Assembly: GCA_947165285.1 (NCBI GenBank) | Contig: CAMUZS010000003.1 | Location: forward strand, 87,598 to 151,597 | From: an uncultured Mycoplasmatota bacterium | Lineage (GTDB): Bacteria > Bacillota_I > Bacilli_A > RF39 > UBA660 | Length of the DNA: 64,000 bases | Direction: 5' to 3' | Shown: positions 1 through 10,300 of the stretch, piece by piece | How positions within the stretch are numbered: the stretch's first letter is position 1 | Layout of the letters: every line of letters starts with the position of its first letter | Program-made: the position numbers and the translations under genes | The notes under the pieces: generated by a model | Seen by the model: only the letters and a program-made list of their open reading frames with translations | What the model was told of the DNA's origin: nothing | Database searches by the model: none

Positions 1-899
1 ACTGCATTATCCTCATCCATTACATTAACAACAACAATAATTAAAATAAGTAAAACTACAATTGCTAAAATAACTAATATAATATATGGAAGGATTGGTA
101 AGATAACTTTAACAAAAAATGCAGCAGCCTTTTCTTTAACTCTTCTTTTTACTTCTTTTTTAACAACTTGCTTAGCTTCCTCTTCTACCGCTTCAGAAAG
201 TGATGCACCACTTTCATCCATGTTATTCATTACATTTGATGCACTTTGTAAAGCATTAAAGTCCTTAAAAGCTTTAGATGTACTATTATTTGAATTTGAT
301 TTATTATTTTTATTTACATTATCATTATTATTATGCGTTTTATTTTCTTGCTTATCATTATTTTTATTATTATTTTGATTTTTAATAGCATTTTTATTTT
401 TATTTATATTTGGATTTTGAACTCTATTTGAATTTTGACTTGCATTATTAATATTAGAAATATTACTATTATTATTTCTTTTATTAAGTTGTGTATTTTT
501 ACCTACATTATTATTTAAATTTTCGTTATTGTTTTGAATCTGTATATTATTATTATCGCTATTTTGTTGTATATTATTGCTTTGTTGTATACCATTATTA
601 TTTAAATTAATACCTTGATTATTATTATTATTATTATCATTACTAACCATCTTATTATCTTCTTTTCTAGGAAGATCATTATTAGAATTATTTAATACAT
701 TTAGATTATTATTAAATGAATTCATATTATTTAACTGATTATTTCTTGGTTGTCTAATATTATTATTATTATTAAAAGGCTGATTATTATTTCTATTAAT
801 ATTATTATTATTATTTGGTTGAGCAGTTTGATTATTACTACTTTGTGTTTCTTGATTATTTTGATCAATTAATTGATTATTTTCTTCATCATTTTTCAT
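1..899 (-). CDS. Asn/Gln-rich low-complexity protein with C-terminal transmembrane segment (partial; 3' end runs off the window)
   Basis: ATG at 899 follows an AAGGCGGTG-like RBS. The same frame reads MKNDEENNQLIDQNNQ... at the start and ...VVLLILIIVVVNVMDEDNA near position 1. Absent from the ORF track because no stop codon lies inside the window. Confidence 0.5.
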   Translation of the reverse strand, partial: MKNDEENNQLIDQNNQETQSSNNQTAQPNNNNNINRNNNQPFNNNNNIRQPRNNQLNNMNSFNNNLNVLNNSNNDLPRKEDNKMVSNDNNNNNNQGINLNNNGIQQSNNIQQNSDNNNIQIQNNNENLNNNVGKNTQLNKRNNNSNISNINNASQNSNRVQNPNINKNKNAIKNQNNNKNNDKQENKTHNNNDNVNKNNKSNSNNSTSKAFKDFNALQSASNVMNNMDESGASLSEAVEEEAKQVVKKEVKRRVKEKAAAFFVKVILPILPYIILVILAIVVLLILIIVVVNVMDEDNA

Positions 900-957
900 A
901 ATCACACCGCCTTTTACTATTAACATAATTTTATCATAAAATACAAAAAAAGAACAC

Positions 958-2091
958 TTATTTAGTGTTCAAAGATTTTAATTTATCATATTCAATTTTA
1001 AAGAATTCTAAAAAATCATTTATTTCTTTATTTGTAGTTATACTTGCAATACTAATTCTAATAGTTGATAAAGCTCTATCCTTATCATTATATATAGCCA
1101 TAACACTAGTAGATAAATTTCCGCTTGAACAAGCAGTATTTGTACTTAAATAAACCTCATGACTTTCCATAGCATGTACAAAACTTTCAGGTTTAATTCC
1201 TAATATGCTGATATTTAAAATATGTGGAATAGAATATTTAGTACTATTAATTTTAATATCTTCATATTTTTTTAATTCATTAACTATTTTGTCATTTAAT
1301 TTTTTAACATATACTTCCTTTTTATCTAAATTTGAATTAGCAATTCTTATTGCTTTAGAAAAAGCTACTATTAATGGCAAAGGCGGAGTTCCAGGCCTAA
1401 TAACATCATTTTTAGAACTTCCATGAATTATTGGAGTAAGATTAATCTTACTATTTTTATATAACATTCCAATTCCTTTAGGTCCAAATATTTTATGTGC
1501 AGAAAAAGAAGCCATATCAACATCTTTTAAATTAAATGACACCTTTCCTAACATTTGAGTTAAATCACTATGAAATATGGTTAATTTATTTTGTTTTTTG
1601 ATAATTTGTCTAATACTCTTAAAAGGTTGCCTAACACCAGTCTCAGAATTAAGTCCACAAATACTTACTAAAATAGTTTCATCTGTGATTTTATTTTTAA
1701 GATCATCAAAATCAATTAAACCATCTTCATCATTATTTACATAACTAATTTTAAAACCAATAGATTGTAAATAATCACAAATTGAATATACTGAAGGATG
1801 TTCTAACTTAGATACAATAATATGTTTACCTCTATTTTGATAAGATAAAGCACAACCAATAATTGCTAAATTATTAGATTCAGTAGATCCACTTGTATAT
1901 ATTATTTCATTCTCTAAAATATTTAAAACACTTGCTATTTGTTTAGTAGCACTATTAAGTAAATTTCTAGACTTTAATCCAAGTGAATGAATTGAGTTTG
2001 CATTACCTATATAATCTCTAGTAACTTTATTATATGATTCTAATACATCATAAGATACAGGAGTTGTTGCACTATAATCTAAATATATCAT
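958..2091 (-). CDS. cysteine desulfurase (class V aminotransferase, NifS/IscS/NifZ-like)
   Basis: IYLDYSATTP N-terminus, PLP-lysine motif SAHKIFGPKGIG, catalytic-Cys loop NTACSSG. Start overlaps the ezrA stop (ATGA). Confidence 0.9.
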   Translation of the reverse strand: MIYLDYSATTPVSYDVLESYNKVTRDYIGNANSIHSLGLKSRNLLNSATKQIASVLNILENEIIYTSGSTESNNLAIIGCALSYQNRGKHIIVSKLEHPSVYSICDYLQSIGFKISYVNNDEDGLIDFDDLKNKITDETILVSICGLNSETGVRQPFKSIRQIIKKQNKLTIFHSDLTQMLGKVSFNLKDVDMASFSAHKIFGPKGIGMLYKNSKINLTPIIHGSSKNDVIRPGTPPLPLIVAFSKAIRIANSNLDKKEVYVKKLNDKIVNELKKYEDIKINSTKYSIPHILNISILGIKPESFVHAMESHEVYLSTNTACSSGNLSTSVMAIYNDKDRALSTIRISIASITTNKEINDFLEFFKIEYDKLKSLNTK

Positions 2092-3815
2092 TTAACTTGT
2101 TCCTCCAAAATACTCATTAAAGAATCATAAAAGTTTGGCTCTATTACATTAATTGCATTTATAGAATTTTCTAAAGATTTTTTAAAATCTCCTTTAAAAT
2201 AATAACTTTCAGACATATTAAGAGATTCATCTAAGTCCCTATTCACAATTCTAAATCTATTACCATAAACTACAGCCATTTCAGCCATATATGCTGTTTT
2301 AACTAAATTATTAGCAGTATTATATACTTTTAAAACTAAATCTCTTGCAGTATCAACTCTAATGTTTAATGTTTTAATTGAAATAGGTTTAGTATTTAAC
2401 TCTTTTACCATCTCTTTTACGGCTTGTTTAGCTTCACTTAATTCCACATAATATTTTTTAGGTATAACTGGCAGTTTATAACTAACAATTCTATGTTGAG
2501 CTTTTCTTAGTATTTCTTTAATTTCTTTTAATTGTTCTCTTGCCCTTACTTCATCTTCTTTTAAATTACCTATACTATTTAAAGCTTCATCTAATTTTTC
2601 CTTAGTATTTATAAGACGATTATTTAACGTATCCATTTCTTTAGATAATCTAGAAAAAGCATACTTTTTACTACGATAAGCCTCAATTATTTGATCATAA
2701 TCTATACGAATTTCTTTTAATTCTTGATGAATAACTGGAATTATTTTCATATCCTCATCAGTTAAATCATATGAATATTTAAATTCACTTATCTTTCTCG
2801 CTAAATCATTAGTAATTTTATCATATTTTAATGTTCTAGAAAGAATAGTTCTTTGATAATCACTAAATACTTTACGAGAGTTTCTTTCTTTATCAAAAAT
2901 ATCATATAAACTCTCATAATAATCTAATATAGTTTTTAAATCTAATGTAGAATCTTCAATATTTAAAACATTTAATCTTTCTAAAATATCTTTTATTTTT
3001 TTATTAGCTTCTTCAATATTATAATCAATATTTAAATAATCTATATTAAATCCATCTTGAATTAATTTTGTAGCATTTAATTCAACATCTTTTATTTTAG
3101 CTGGTAATACTTTAGTTCCAAGCATAATAATTCCCGGAGCTTCTTTTATTACTAAATCTAAATTACCTATTACATCATCTAATACTTTAACAATTTTATT
3201 AACTTCTTGATAATTATTATTATCTATTGTTACTTCAAATGCACTAAATAATTTATCTACTCTATCAAATTGTAATTCAATTGGACCAGATACTAAATTA
3301 AAATCATCTTTATTATTATTATAATTTGCCACTATTTCTCTATATTTAGCCTTTAATTTAGTGATACTTCCTCTATTTCTATCTTCAGATAAAGTAATCT
3401 CTTTTATCTCATTTAATAAATAATTAGTTTTAGTTTTTATAAAATATATTTGATATTCAGTTTCAGCAAGTTTTGCCTTTAATTCTTTACTTTTTCTTTG
3501 TCTATGGAGTTCTTCTATTTCTAATAATTGATCATCTATTTTAGGTAAATCAACTTCTTTTATTTCATTAAATCTTACTTTCCAATCATCAAATTTTTCT
3601 TGAAGCGATTGATTATTAATTAAACCTTCTACTTTATTTAATTCGGATAAAATACCAGCAGAAATAATTAAATTTTTATTTCTTTCTAATTCATTAAATT
3701 TAAGTTGATATTTATTCTTTTCTTTTTTATTAATAATTGTTAAAACAACTATTATTATAATAAAAGCAATTATAAAATAAGTAACACCTAATAATATAAA
3801 TGTATTACTACTCAT
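2088..3815 (-). CDS. ezrA: septation ring formation regulator EzrA
   Basis: Single N-terminal TM helix, then ~540 aa of coiled-coil-rich sequence. Size and adjacency to a cysteine desulfurase match Bacillus/Staphylococcus. Start set at ATG 3815 (AGGAG RBS 8 nt upstream) rather than the GTG at 3824. Confidence 0.75.
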   Translation of the reverse strand: MSSNTFILLGVTYFIIAFIIIIVVLTIINKKEKNKYQLKFNELERNKNLIISAGILSELNKVEGLINNQSLQEKFDDWKVRFNEIKEVDLPKIDDQLLEIEELHRQRKSKELKAKLAETEYQIYFIKTKTNYLLNEIKEITLSEDRNRGSITKLKAKYREIVANYNNNKDDFNLVSGPIELQFDRVDKLFSAFEVTIDNNNYQEVNKIVKVLDDVIGNLDLVIKEAPGIIMLGTKVLPAKIKDVELNATKLIQDGFNIDYLNIDYNIEEANKKIKDILERLNVLNIEDSTLDLKTILDYYESLYDIFDKERNSRKVFSDYQRTILSRTLKYDKITNDLARKISEFKYSYDLTDEDMKIIPVIHQELKEIRIDYDQIIEAYRSKKYAFSRLSKEMDTLNNRLINTKEKLDEALNSIGNLKEDEVRAREQLKEIKEILRKAQHRIVSYKLPVIPKKYYVELSEAKQAVKEMVKELNTKPISIKTLNIRVDTARDLVLKVYNTANNLVKTAYMAEMAVVYGNRFRIVNRDLDESLNMSESYYFKGDFKKSLENSINAINVIEPNFYDSLMSILEEQVK

Positions 3816-3879
3816 ATTATTCACTCCTAGCTTAATAATATTTTATCACATTTATTTAATTATGAATATATAAAATTTA

Positions 3880-3911
3880 ATAAAATAAAAGTGATTCTAA
3901 TTAGAATCACT
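3880..3911 (-). terminator. Rho-independent terminator after the 811-aa surface protein gene
   Basis: Perfect inverted repeat gtgattcta/tagaatcac (3891-3910), followed on the minus strand by a T-rich run. Confidence 0.7.
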
Positions 3912-3914
3912 TAT

Positions 3915-6350
3915 TTATTTTAAAGCAACAACTGGTCTAACACCATTAGTACCTGTTGATTCACTAATTTGATAATTTGATGCATATAATCGCCATAATT
4001 TTCCTGTATCAGTGTAGTTTGGCGATCCAATCCAAGAATTTTGAGCTTTACCTCCTACATAAAAAGATCCATTACCAGCTGCATTTAATACATTTTTAGC
4101 TGTTTTATAAGTTGCAGATCCACCATATTCTTTAATATAATATCCTTTTGCGTTTGCTTTATAACCATATTCAATAACTTTTTTCACAGATGTAACCCAT
4201 GAGTTGTATGCATCTAAGAACATTTCAAGACCTGGAGCACCTACTGCATATTTTGCTTTAGATGAAACACAATATTGAGTCCAATTACCTCGATATGCAT
4301 AATAAGCGGCTACATTTTCATTATCTCTATCTATTACTCCAGCTGATCCACTTGAATCAACGGTTTGTGACCATAAAGGATTAAATTTAACCATATCACT
4401 TAAAATAGCTGGTTTTATACTTGCACTAGCACTTGTATAAAATGATGTATGTGAAGTATAATCATCAGTTAATTCCTTATCATGAGCTCTTCTTAAATAA
4501 ATTGTATTAGCTCCATCTCCATATTTATTATCTGCATCAAAATAAAATATTTGCCAAATTACACTATCTTCTTTGTAATCAGTTATTTCTGAACCAATAT
4601 AAGTTGTAAAATTACTAGCATTAACAACTGCTTTAGCATCAGCAATAGTCATTGAACCATTAACATCAATATTTTGAATACCTACTGAAGATGTATTATT
4701 TGCTTTATCTGTTGCTGTTACTGTTACCGTATAATTACCAACAGTTGATACATCTATACTAACAGTGTCATTTCTTCCAAATGTTCCACTACTAGGAGAT
4801 GCTGTTGCTCCACTAGGTGGATTTACAATATAAGAAAAATGATCAAAACCAGAACCGTTTTCAGTAGTAGATGCTTTTAATTTAATTAATAGTTTTCCTT
4901 TGTTTAAAGTTACAACAGGAGTTGTTGGTGCAATATTATCAATCCATTGTGCAGTTAAAGTATAATTTTTCGTTGCGGAAATAATACCTTCGTTAGGATA
5001 AACATTATTATTTTCATCTTTCCAACCATTAAAATTATAACCAGTTCTTGTATATGCTACTGGTGGTAAAGTTTGATTAGTATTTTTTTCAAAAGAAGAT
5101 TGAGCCATAGTACCACTTACAGATGAATCTCCCTTTAAATAATCAACTGTAATAATATTTTCTCTCCATATTGCATATAAAGTTAATTCTGCATTATCAA
5201 TAGTTGTTAAATTATATATAAAATCATCTTCTGTATAAGTTGCAGTAGTAGCATTAGGATTATCACTCCATCCAACAAATATATATCTTTGTGGAACAGT
5301 AAAAGTATTCAATACTTTTTTATTTTCATCATATAAAAAGTTTACGCTAGTTGATTCATTATTTCCATTATTTGATAAAAAATTAACACTATAACTTATT
5401 GGAGTCCAATGTGCAGTTAATATTAATTCTTTTTCATCAGGAACAACTGAATTGTTCTCAATTTTAACATTATTTTGAGTATACCAACCATCAAATTTAT
5501 ATCCAGTTCTAGTTGGAATAGGAAGATTTTGGAATCTATCACCAGCATCTATATCTATTTCATCACTTATTTGTGTTCCTCCATTAGAATTAAAAGTAAC
5601 TCTTGATACTATCTTTTGATATCTACCATATACATTTTTAACCTCATCAGTTACAATTGTATCAACTGTAATAGCCTCTGCTTCAGGTTCTTCACTTAAA
5701 TACCATCCTAAAAATTCATAATTTTCTTCTTCTTTAAGTGGTAATTCTCCAAAGGGTTGATCTAAATTATAAGATTTAGAAAGATTAACACTACTTGTAT
5801 TAAATGTTACTTCACTACCTTCCCAAGATGAGTCTTCTAATTGAATTTTTCCACTAAAAGTTTTTCCTTTGTTGTAATCTTGATTTGATTGAGTTTCAAT
5901 AAATTTAATTGTTAAAGTATAAACATGACTATCACCTGGATTAATAGGTATATTTTCCATTAATTTTTTTGATTTTATTGGAACTTGCATATCATTTGAA
6001 GAATTATATGCCCCAGGAGATGTGGATGATATTTCATATAATAATTCATTAGGTTGTACAAAATTATTAATTAAATCTGTTAAATAAACAGTATATGTTG
6101 ATGGTAAATTTCCAGTATTTACAATAGTAAAATTTTTTTCTAATGATGAACCAGGTATCCAATTATCACCACTAACTTGATTACCATCATCCAATCTTAA
6201 AGACATAGTACCAGATGAAATTACAGTAGTATTAGCTAATTCATTACCATTTGCTGATCCATCAAAAAAAGCATAAGATAAAGGTATTAACAATAGTAAA
6301 AAAATTACAAATAATATAAAAATTAACGTCTTTTTTTTATTTTTTTGCAT
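3915..6350 (-). CDS. secreted multidomain surface protein: SipW-type signal peptide, camelysin/TasA-like N-domain, four Listeria-Bacteroides (Flg_new) repeats, Ig-like region, C-terminal ...GVRPVVALK domain
   Basis: MQKNKKKT + hydrophobic core + LSYAFFDGSANGNE...SSGTMSL matches the SipW-cognate signal pattern (YAyFsD ... GTl.l). Repeats carry GYKFDGWY, FVGWSDNPNATT, GYNFNGWKD and a LGWYLSEEPEAE variant. Start set at ATG 6350. Confidence 0.75.
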   Translation of the reverse strand: MQKNKKKTLIFILFVIFLLLLIPLSYAFFDGSANGNELANTTVISSGTMSLRLDDGNQVSGDNWIPGSSLEKNFTIVNTGNLPSTYTVYLTDLINNFVQPNELLYEISSTSPGAYNSSNDMQVPIKSKKLMENIPINPGDSHVYTLTIKFIETQSNQDYNKGKTFSGKIQLEDSSWEGSEVTFNTSSVNLSKSYNLDQPFGELPLKEEENYEFLGWYLSEEPEAEAITVDTIVTDEVKNVYGRYQKIVSRVTFNSNGGTQISDEIDIDAGDRFQNLPIPTRTGYKFDGWYTQNNVKIENNSVVPDEKELILTAHWTPISYSVNFLSNNGNNESTSVNFLYDENKKVLNTFTVPQRYIFVGWSDNPNATTATYTEDDFIYNLTTIDNAELTLYAIWRENIITVDYLKGDSSVSGTMAQSSFEKNTNQTLPPVAYTRTGYNFNGWKDENNNVYPNEGIISATKNYTLTAQWIDNIAPTTPVVTLNKGKLLIKLKASTTENGSGFDHFSYIVNPPSGATASPSSGTFGRNDTVSIDVSTVGNYTVTVTATDKANNTSSVGIQNIDVNGSMTIADAKAVVNASNFTTYIGSEITDYKEDSVIWQIFYFDADNKYGDGANTIYLRRAHDKELTDDYTSHTSFYTSASASIKPAILSDMVKFNPLWSQTVDSSGSAGVIDRDNENVAAYYAYRGNWTQYCVSSKAKYAVGAPGLEMFLDAYNSWVTSVKKVIEYGYKANAKGYYIKEYGGSATYKTAKNVLNAAGNGSFYVGGKAQNSWIGSPNYTDTGKLWRLYASNYQISESTGTNGVRPVVALK

Positions 6351-6419
6351 TCCTATCATCCCTATACTAACAGTATAACATAAAAAAACCTTTTCTAGCA
6401 ATAGCAGAAAAGGTTAAGA

Positions 6420-7229
6420 TTATCTTTTTAAATTGTATTCTTCAGTATTTAAGCTATTAATATCTACTTTAGTATCTTCTAAATTTACATCCTTTTTACT
6501 TGAATCAATAACTCTTGAAGTATTTACTACTCTAACAGGTTGTGGAGCAGGTATATCATCTAAATTAAAATTATCACTTTTTTCTTCTAATGTATCAGGT
6601 GTAACATAAACTGAAGAAAATTGTTCAGCTGTATTTTTTGATTCATCATGATTTTCTAAAGTTACTTCATTAGATTTATCTTCTTCAACATTTTCATCAT
6701 TATCAAATTTCATTTCATCAAAATCAAATTCTTTAGCTGCTGGGGTTTCTTTTTTATATTCTTCTAATAGTGTTGAAGCAATCTTATCTAAATCATTTTC
6801 TGCAGCAATTACTTCTTGACTTTGATTTTCATCAACAACTTCAGTTTGTTTCATAATACCTTGATCGCTAACAAAAGCTAGTTCATTATCAGATGTTGTA
6901 AAATCATCTGTCATTTCATCTGCCCTATTTTCATACTTATTTATTTCTTCTTCTTTGTCATTTTTAAAATCTTCTTCTAAAATTTGACTATCTGGATTTA
7001 TATTAATTTCAATTGGTTGACCTTCTACTTGTGCAAAAGCATCATCAGCTTTTTCATCAGCTAAGTCATTTTCCTTAGTTATTTCACTAACTTTTTTTTC
7101 TTTAGATGAATCTTTTAATGCTGTTATTAAAACAATAATAAATAATAAAACTAAAACAACAATTGTTCCAATTAAAAGAGGAAGAAACCAACTTTTACTA
7201 TATATATTTTCTAAAAAATTTAAAATCAT
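6420..7229 (-). CDS. membrane-anchored, highly acidic hypothetical protein
   Basis: N-terminal TM (WFLPLLIGTIVVLVLLFIIVLI), then a D/E-rich sequence. AGGTGG RBS before ATG 7229. Confidence 0.6.
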   Translation of the reverse strand: MILNFLENIYSKSWFLPLLIGTIVVLVLLFIIVLITALKDSSKEKKVSEITKENDLADEKADDAFAQVEGQPIEININPDSQILEEDFKNDKEEEINKYENRADEMTDDFTTSDNELAFVSDQGIMKQTEVVDENQSQEVIAAENDLDKIASTLLEEYKKETPAAKEFDFDEMKFDNDENVEEDKSNEVTLENHDESKNTAEQFSSVYVTPDTLEEKSDNFNLDDIPAPQPVRVVNTSRVIDSSKKDVNLEDTKVDINSLNTEEYNLKR

Positions 7230-7306
7230 ATTAACCACCTTTTTATTAAATTCTATTCCTATTCTAGAAAAATAATAACATAATCTTTATTCAAAATCAA
7301 TCATTT

Positions 7307-10300
7307 TTAAAATAGACTTAATTGGTTAGTTTCAGGTAATCCAGTAAATACTCCAAGGTTTTTAAGCTTTTCTATAGTAGTAATACTTACCTTTCCTCTA
7401 TTTTGAAAATCTTCAATACTTGCAAAAGCTCTTTCATTTCTAGATTTAATAATTGTTTTAGAAACTTCCTCACCAAGACCATCAATTGTTCTAAAAGGAC
7501 AAATAATAGTTTTTTCATCTTCATCCAAAATAAAATTATGACCATCAGATTTTAAAATATCAATATTACCAAATTTATAACCCCTAGCTGTTGCTTCTAA
7601 ACATAATTTTAATGTTTCAAGAAGTGATTGTTCTTTATTAGTTGCATTAAATCCTTTTGATTGAATATCTATAATTTTTTTCTTAATAGTATCATATCCT
7701 TGAAGCATAACATCTATATCAAAATCATCAAATCTAGTTGAAAAATAAGTTGCATAATAAACACCGGGTTTATGAACTTTATACCATGCAATCCTAAATG
7801 CTGAAGTTACATATGCAGCAGCATGAGCTTTTGGAAACATGTATTTTATTTTAAAACATGAATCTATAAACCAATCAGGAATTTTTGCTTCTTGCATTAT
7901 TTTTTTATAATCAGCCCAAGTATCTGGATCTTTTGAAGCTTTTCCTTTTCTAACAAATTCCATTATTTTGAATGCCTTAAATGGCTCAAGTCCACCATAC
8001 ATAAGTTCTACCATAATATCATCACGACATCCAATTACTTTAGCAAATGGTACAACCTTTTTTTGAATTAATTCTTGAGCATTACCAAGCCATACATCTG
8101 TACCATGAGCAAGACCAGATATCTTAACAAGTTCAGCAAATGTTGTTGGTTTAGTATCTTTAACAAGTTGAATAGTAAATGGTGTACCAAATTCTGGTAC
8201 TCCTAAAGTACCTGTTTCACACATTATTTGTTCTTTAGTAACACCAAGTGCTTTAGTAGATGTAAATATCGACATTGTTTCTTTATCATCAAGAGGAACT
8301 TCTAAAATATTATCACCTGTTATTTCTTGTATCATTCTAAGTTGTGTAGGATCAGTATGACCCAAAATATCCAATTTTAATACATCTTCATCTATTGCAT
8401 GATAATCAAAATGAGTTGTTCTCCATACACTATTTGGATCTTCTGCTGGAAATTGATATGGAGTAAAATCAAATACATCCATGTATCCAGGAATTACAAC
8501 TATTCCACCTGGATGCTGACCAGTAGTTCTTTTTACTCCTGTACATCCTAAAGCAACCCTCTCTATTTCAATATTTCTCATTACAATATTTTTATCTTCC
8601 AAATATCCTTTAACATAACCATATGCAGTTTTTTCTGCCACTGTTCCAATTGTCCCAGCACGATAAACATTATCAACACCAAATAAAACTTTAGTATATT
8701 CATGAGCTGAAGCTTGATTAAGATCCGAAAAATTAAGATCTATATCTGGCACTTTATCAGCATTAAATCCTAAGAATGTTTGAAAAGGTATATCATGACC
8801 ATCTTTATACATTAAAGTATTACAATTTGGACATTTTCTATCTGGCAAATCAAATCCACATTTATATTCATTTCCTAATGGTTCACCAGCTTCATTTTCA
8901 AATTCAGACAATTTACATTTAGGACAACGATAATGTGGAGCTAATGAATTTACTTCTGTAATTCCCATTAAATGAGCAACAAAAGATGACCCAACACTAC
9001 CACGTGATCCAACTAAATATCCTTCATCATTTGAATGTTTAACTAATTTTTGAGCTATTAAATATATAACATCAAAATTAGCACCTATAATTGCTGTCAT
9101 TTTCTTTTTAGCATTATTTTTTAATTCTTCATCGGATAAATTATCTTCATTATCAAGTTTTAAACTCTCATATATTTCATTTTGAACAGCATCTGGTCCC
9201 TTTAAAATTACCTCATGTAATTTCTTATAAACATCATCTTCAGATGTTGAAACTATTTTTCTAACAGCATCAATTATTGGCTGACCATATAATTCTAAAG
9301 CAATTCTTTCTTCAATATGATGTGGCAAAACATCACCATATAATTCACTTGCTTTACTATAAACCATATTAGTAGTATCCATTTTAGAATTTTCTATTAT
9401 TGGAGCAAATGGAATTCCATTAGTATTAATTATTACTTCTATTTCTTCACATAAATCAGCTATTTTATTAGTATTTTCCACTACTATTTTATATGCTTCT
9501 TCACTTCCAATAAATGAAAATTCATCTAACATTTCATTTGTTGTTTTTAAATACATATTTGGTATTTCTAATCCTTTTCTATTTAAAGGATGTAACTTAC
9601 CATTAAATTTTTGGTTAATAATTATTTTTCTATACAACAAATCTTCTTTAGTTAAATTATGAACATCCCCAGTAGCTACAACTAATTTTCCAGCATCATT
9701 TGCAACTCTTATAATTTTTTTAAGATGTTCTTGTGCCTCTATTACATTATTAAACTTATTATTTTCACCAATTAAATGAGAAAATATAGATACTGGTTGA
9801 ACTTCTATATAATCATAAAAATTCATTAAGTTAACTAATTCTTCATCCTCTAAATTAAATGCTTTTTCAAATATTTCTCCATTTATACAACCAGATCCAA
9901 TTATTAATCCTTCTCTTAATGAATCTAATTCTTTTCTAGGAATCTTAGGTTGTTCATTTTTATACAAATATTTAGTATTGGCAATTGATATTATCTTAAA
10001 TAAATTCTTTAGTCCTATTCTATCTTTAGCTATAACACTTGCATGAAAAGGTCTAGCAAATCTTATTACTGATGCAACATCAACTTGTTCTAAAATATCA
10101 TTTGTTGTATTAATATTTCGATCATACATTACCTTACACATTTTATAAAAAGCTATTGCAGTACCTTCAGCATCATAATCTCCACGATGATGTTTATCTT
10201 CATCCCAAGGTACATCTAATTTTTTTACTAATGTAGATAATTTATGATTTGGCCATCCTGGATATAACATTCGTGCTATTTCCATAGTATCTAAAACAGT

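Noticed and set aside
300-880. Dense att/gtt triplet repetition that could be taken for a tandem-repeat or CRISPR-like array.
   Set aside because: There is no regular repeat-spacer period. It is the antisense image of an Asn/Gln-rich coding frame.
965-1426. Plus-strand ORFs 965-1153 and 1205-1426.
   Set aside because: They lie entirely antisense to the well-supported cysteine desulfurase gene. Their products are Leu/Ile/Phe-rich, as expected for shadow frames in AT-rich DNA, and they have no RBS.
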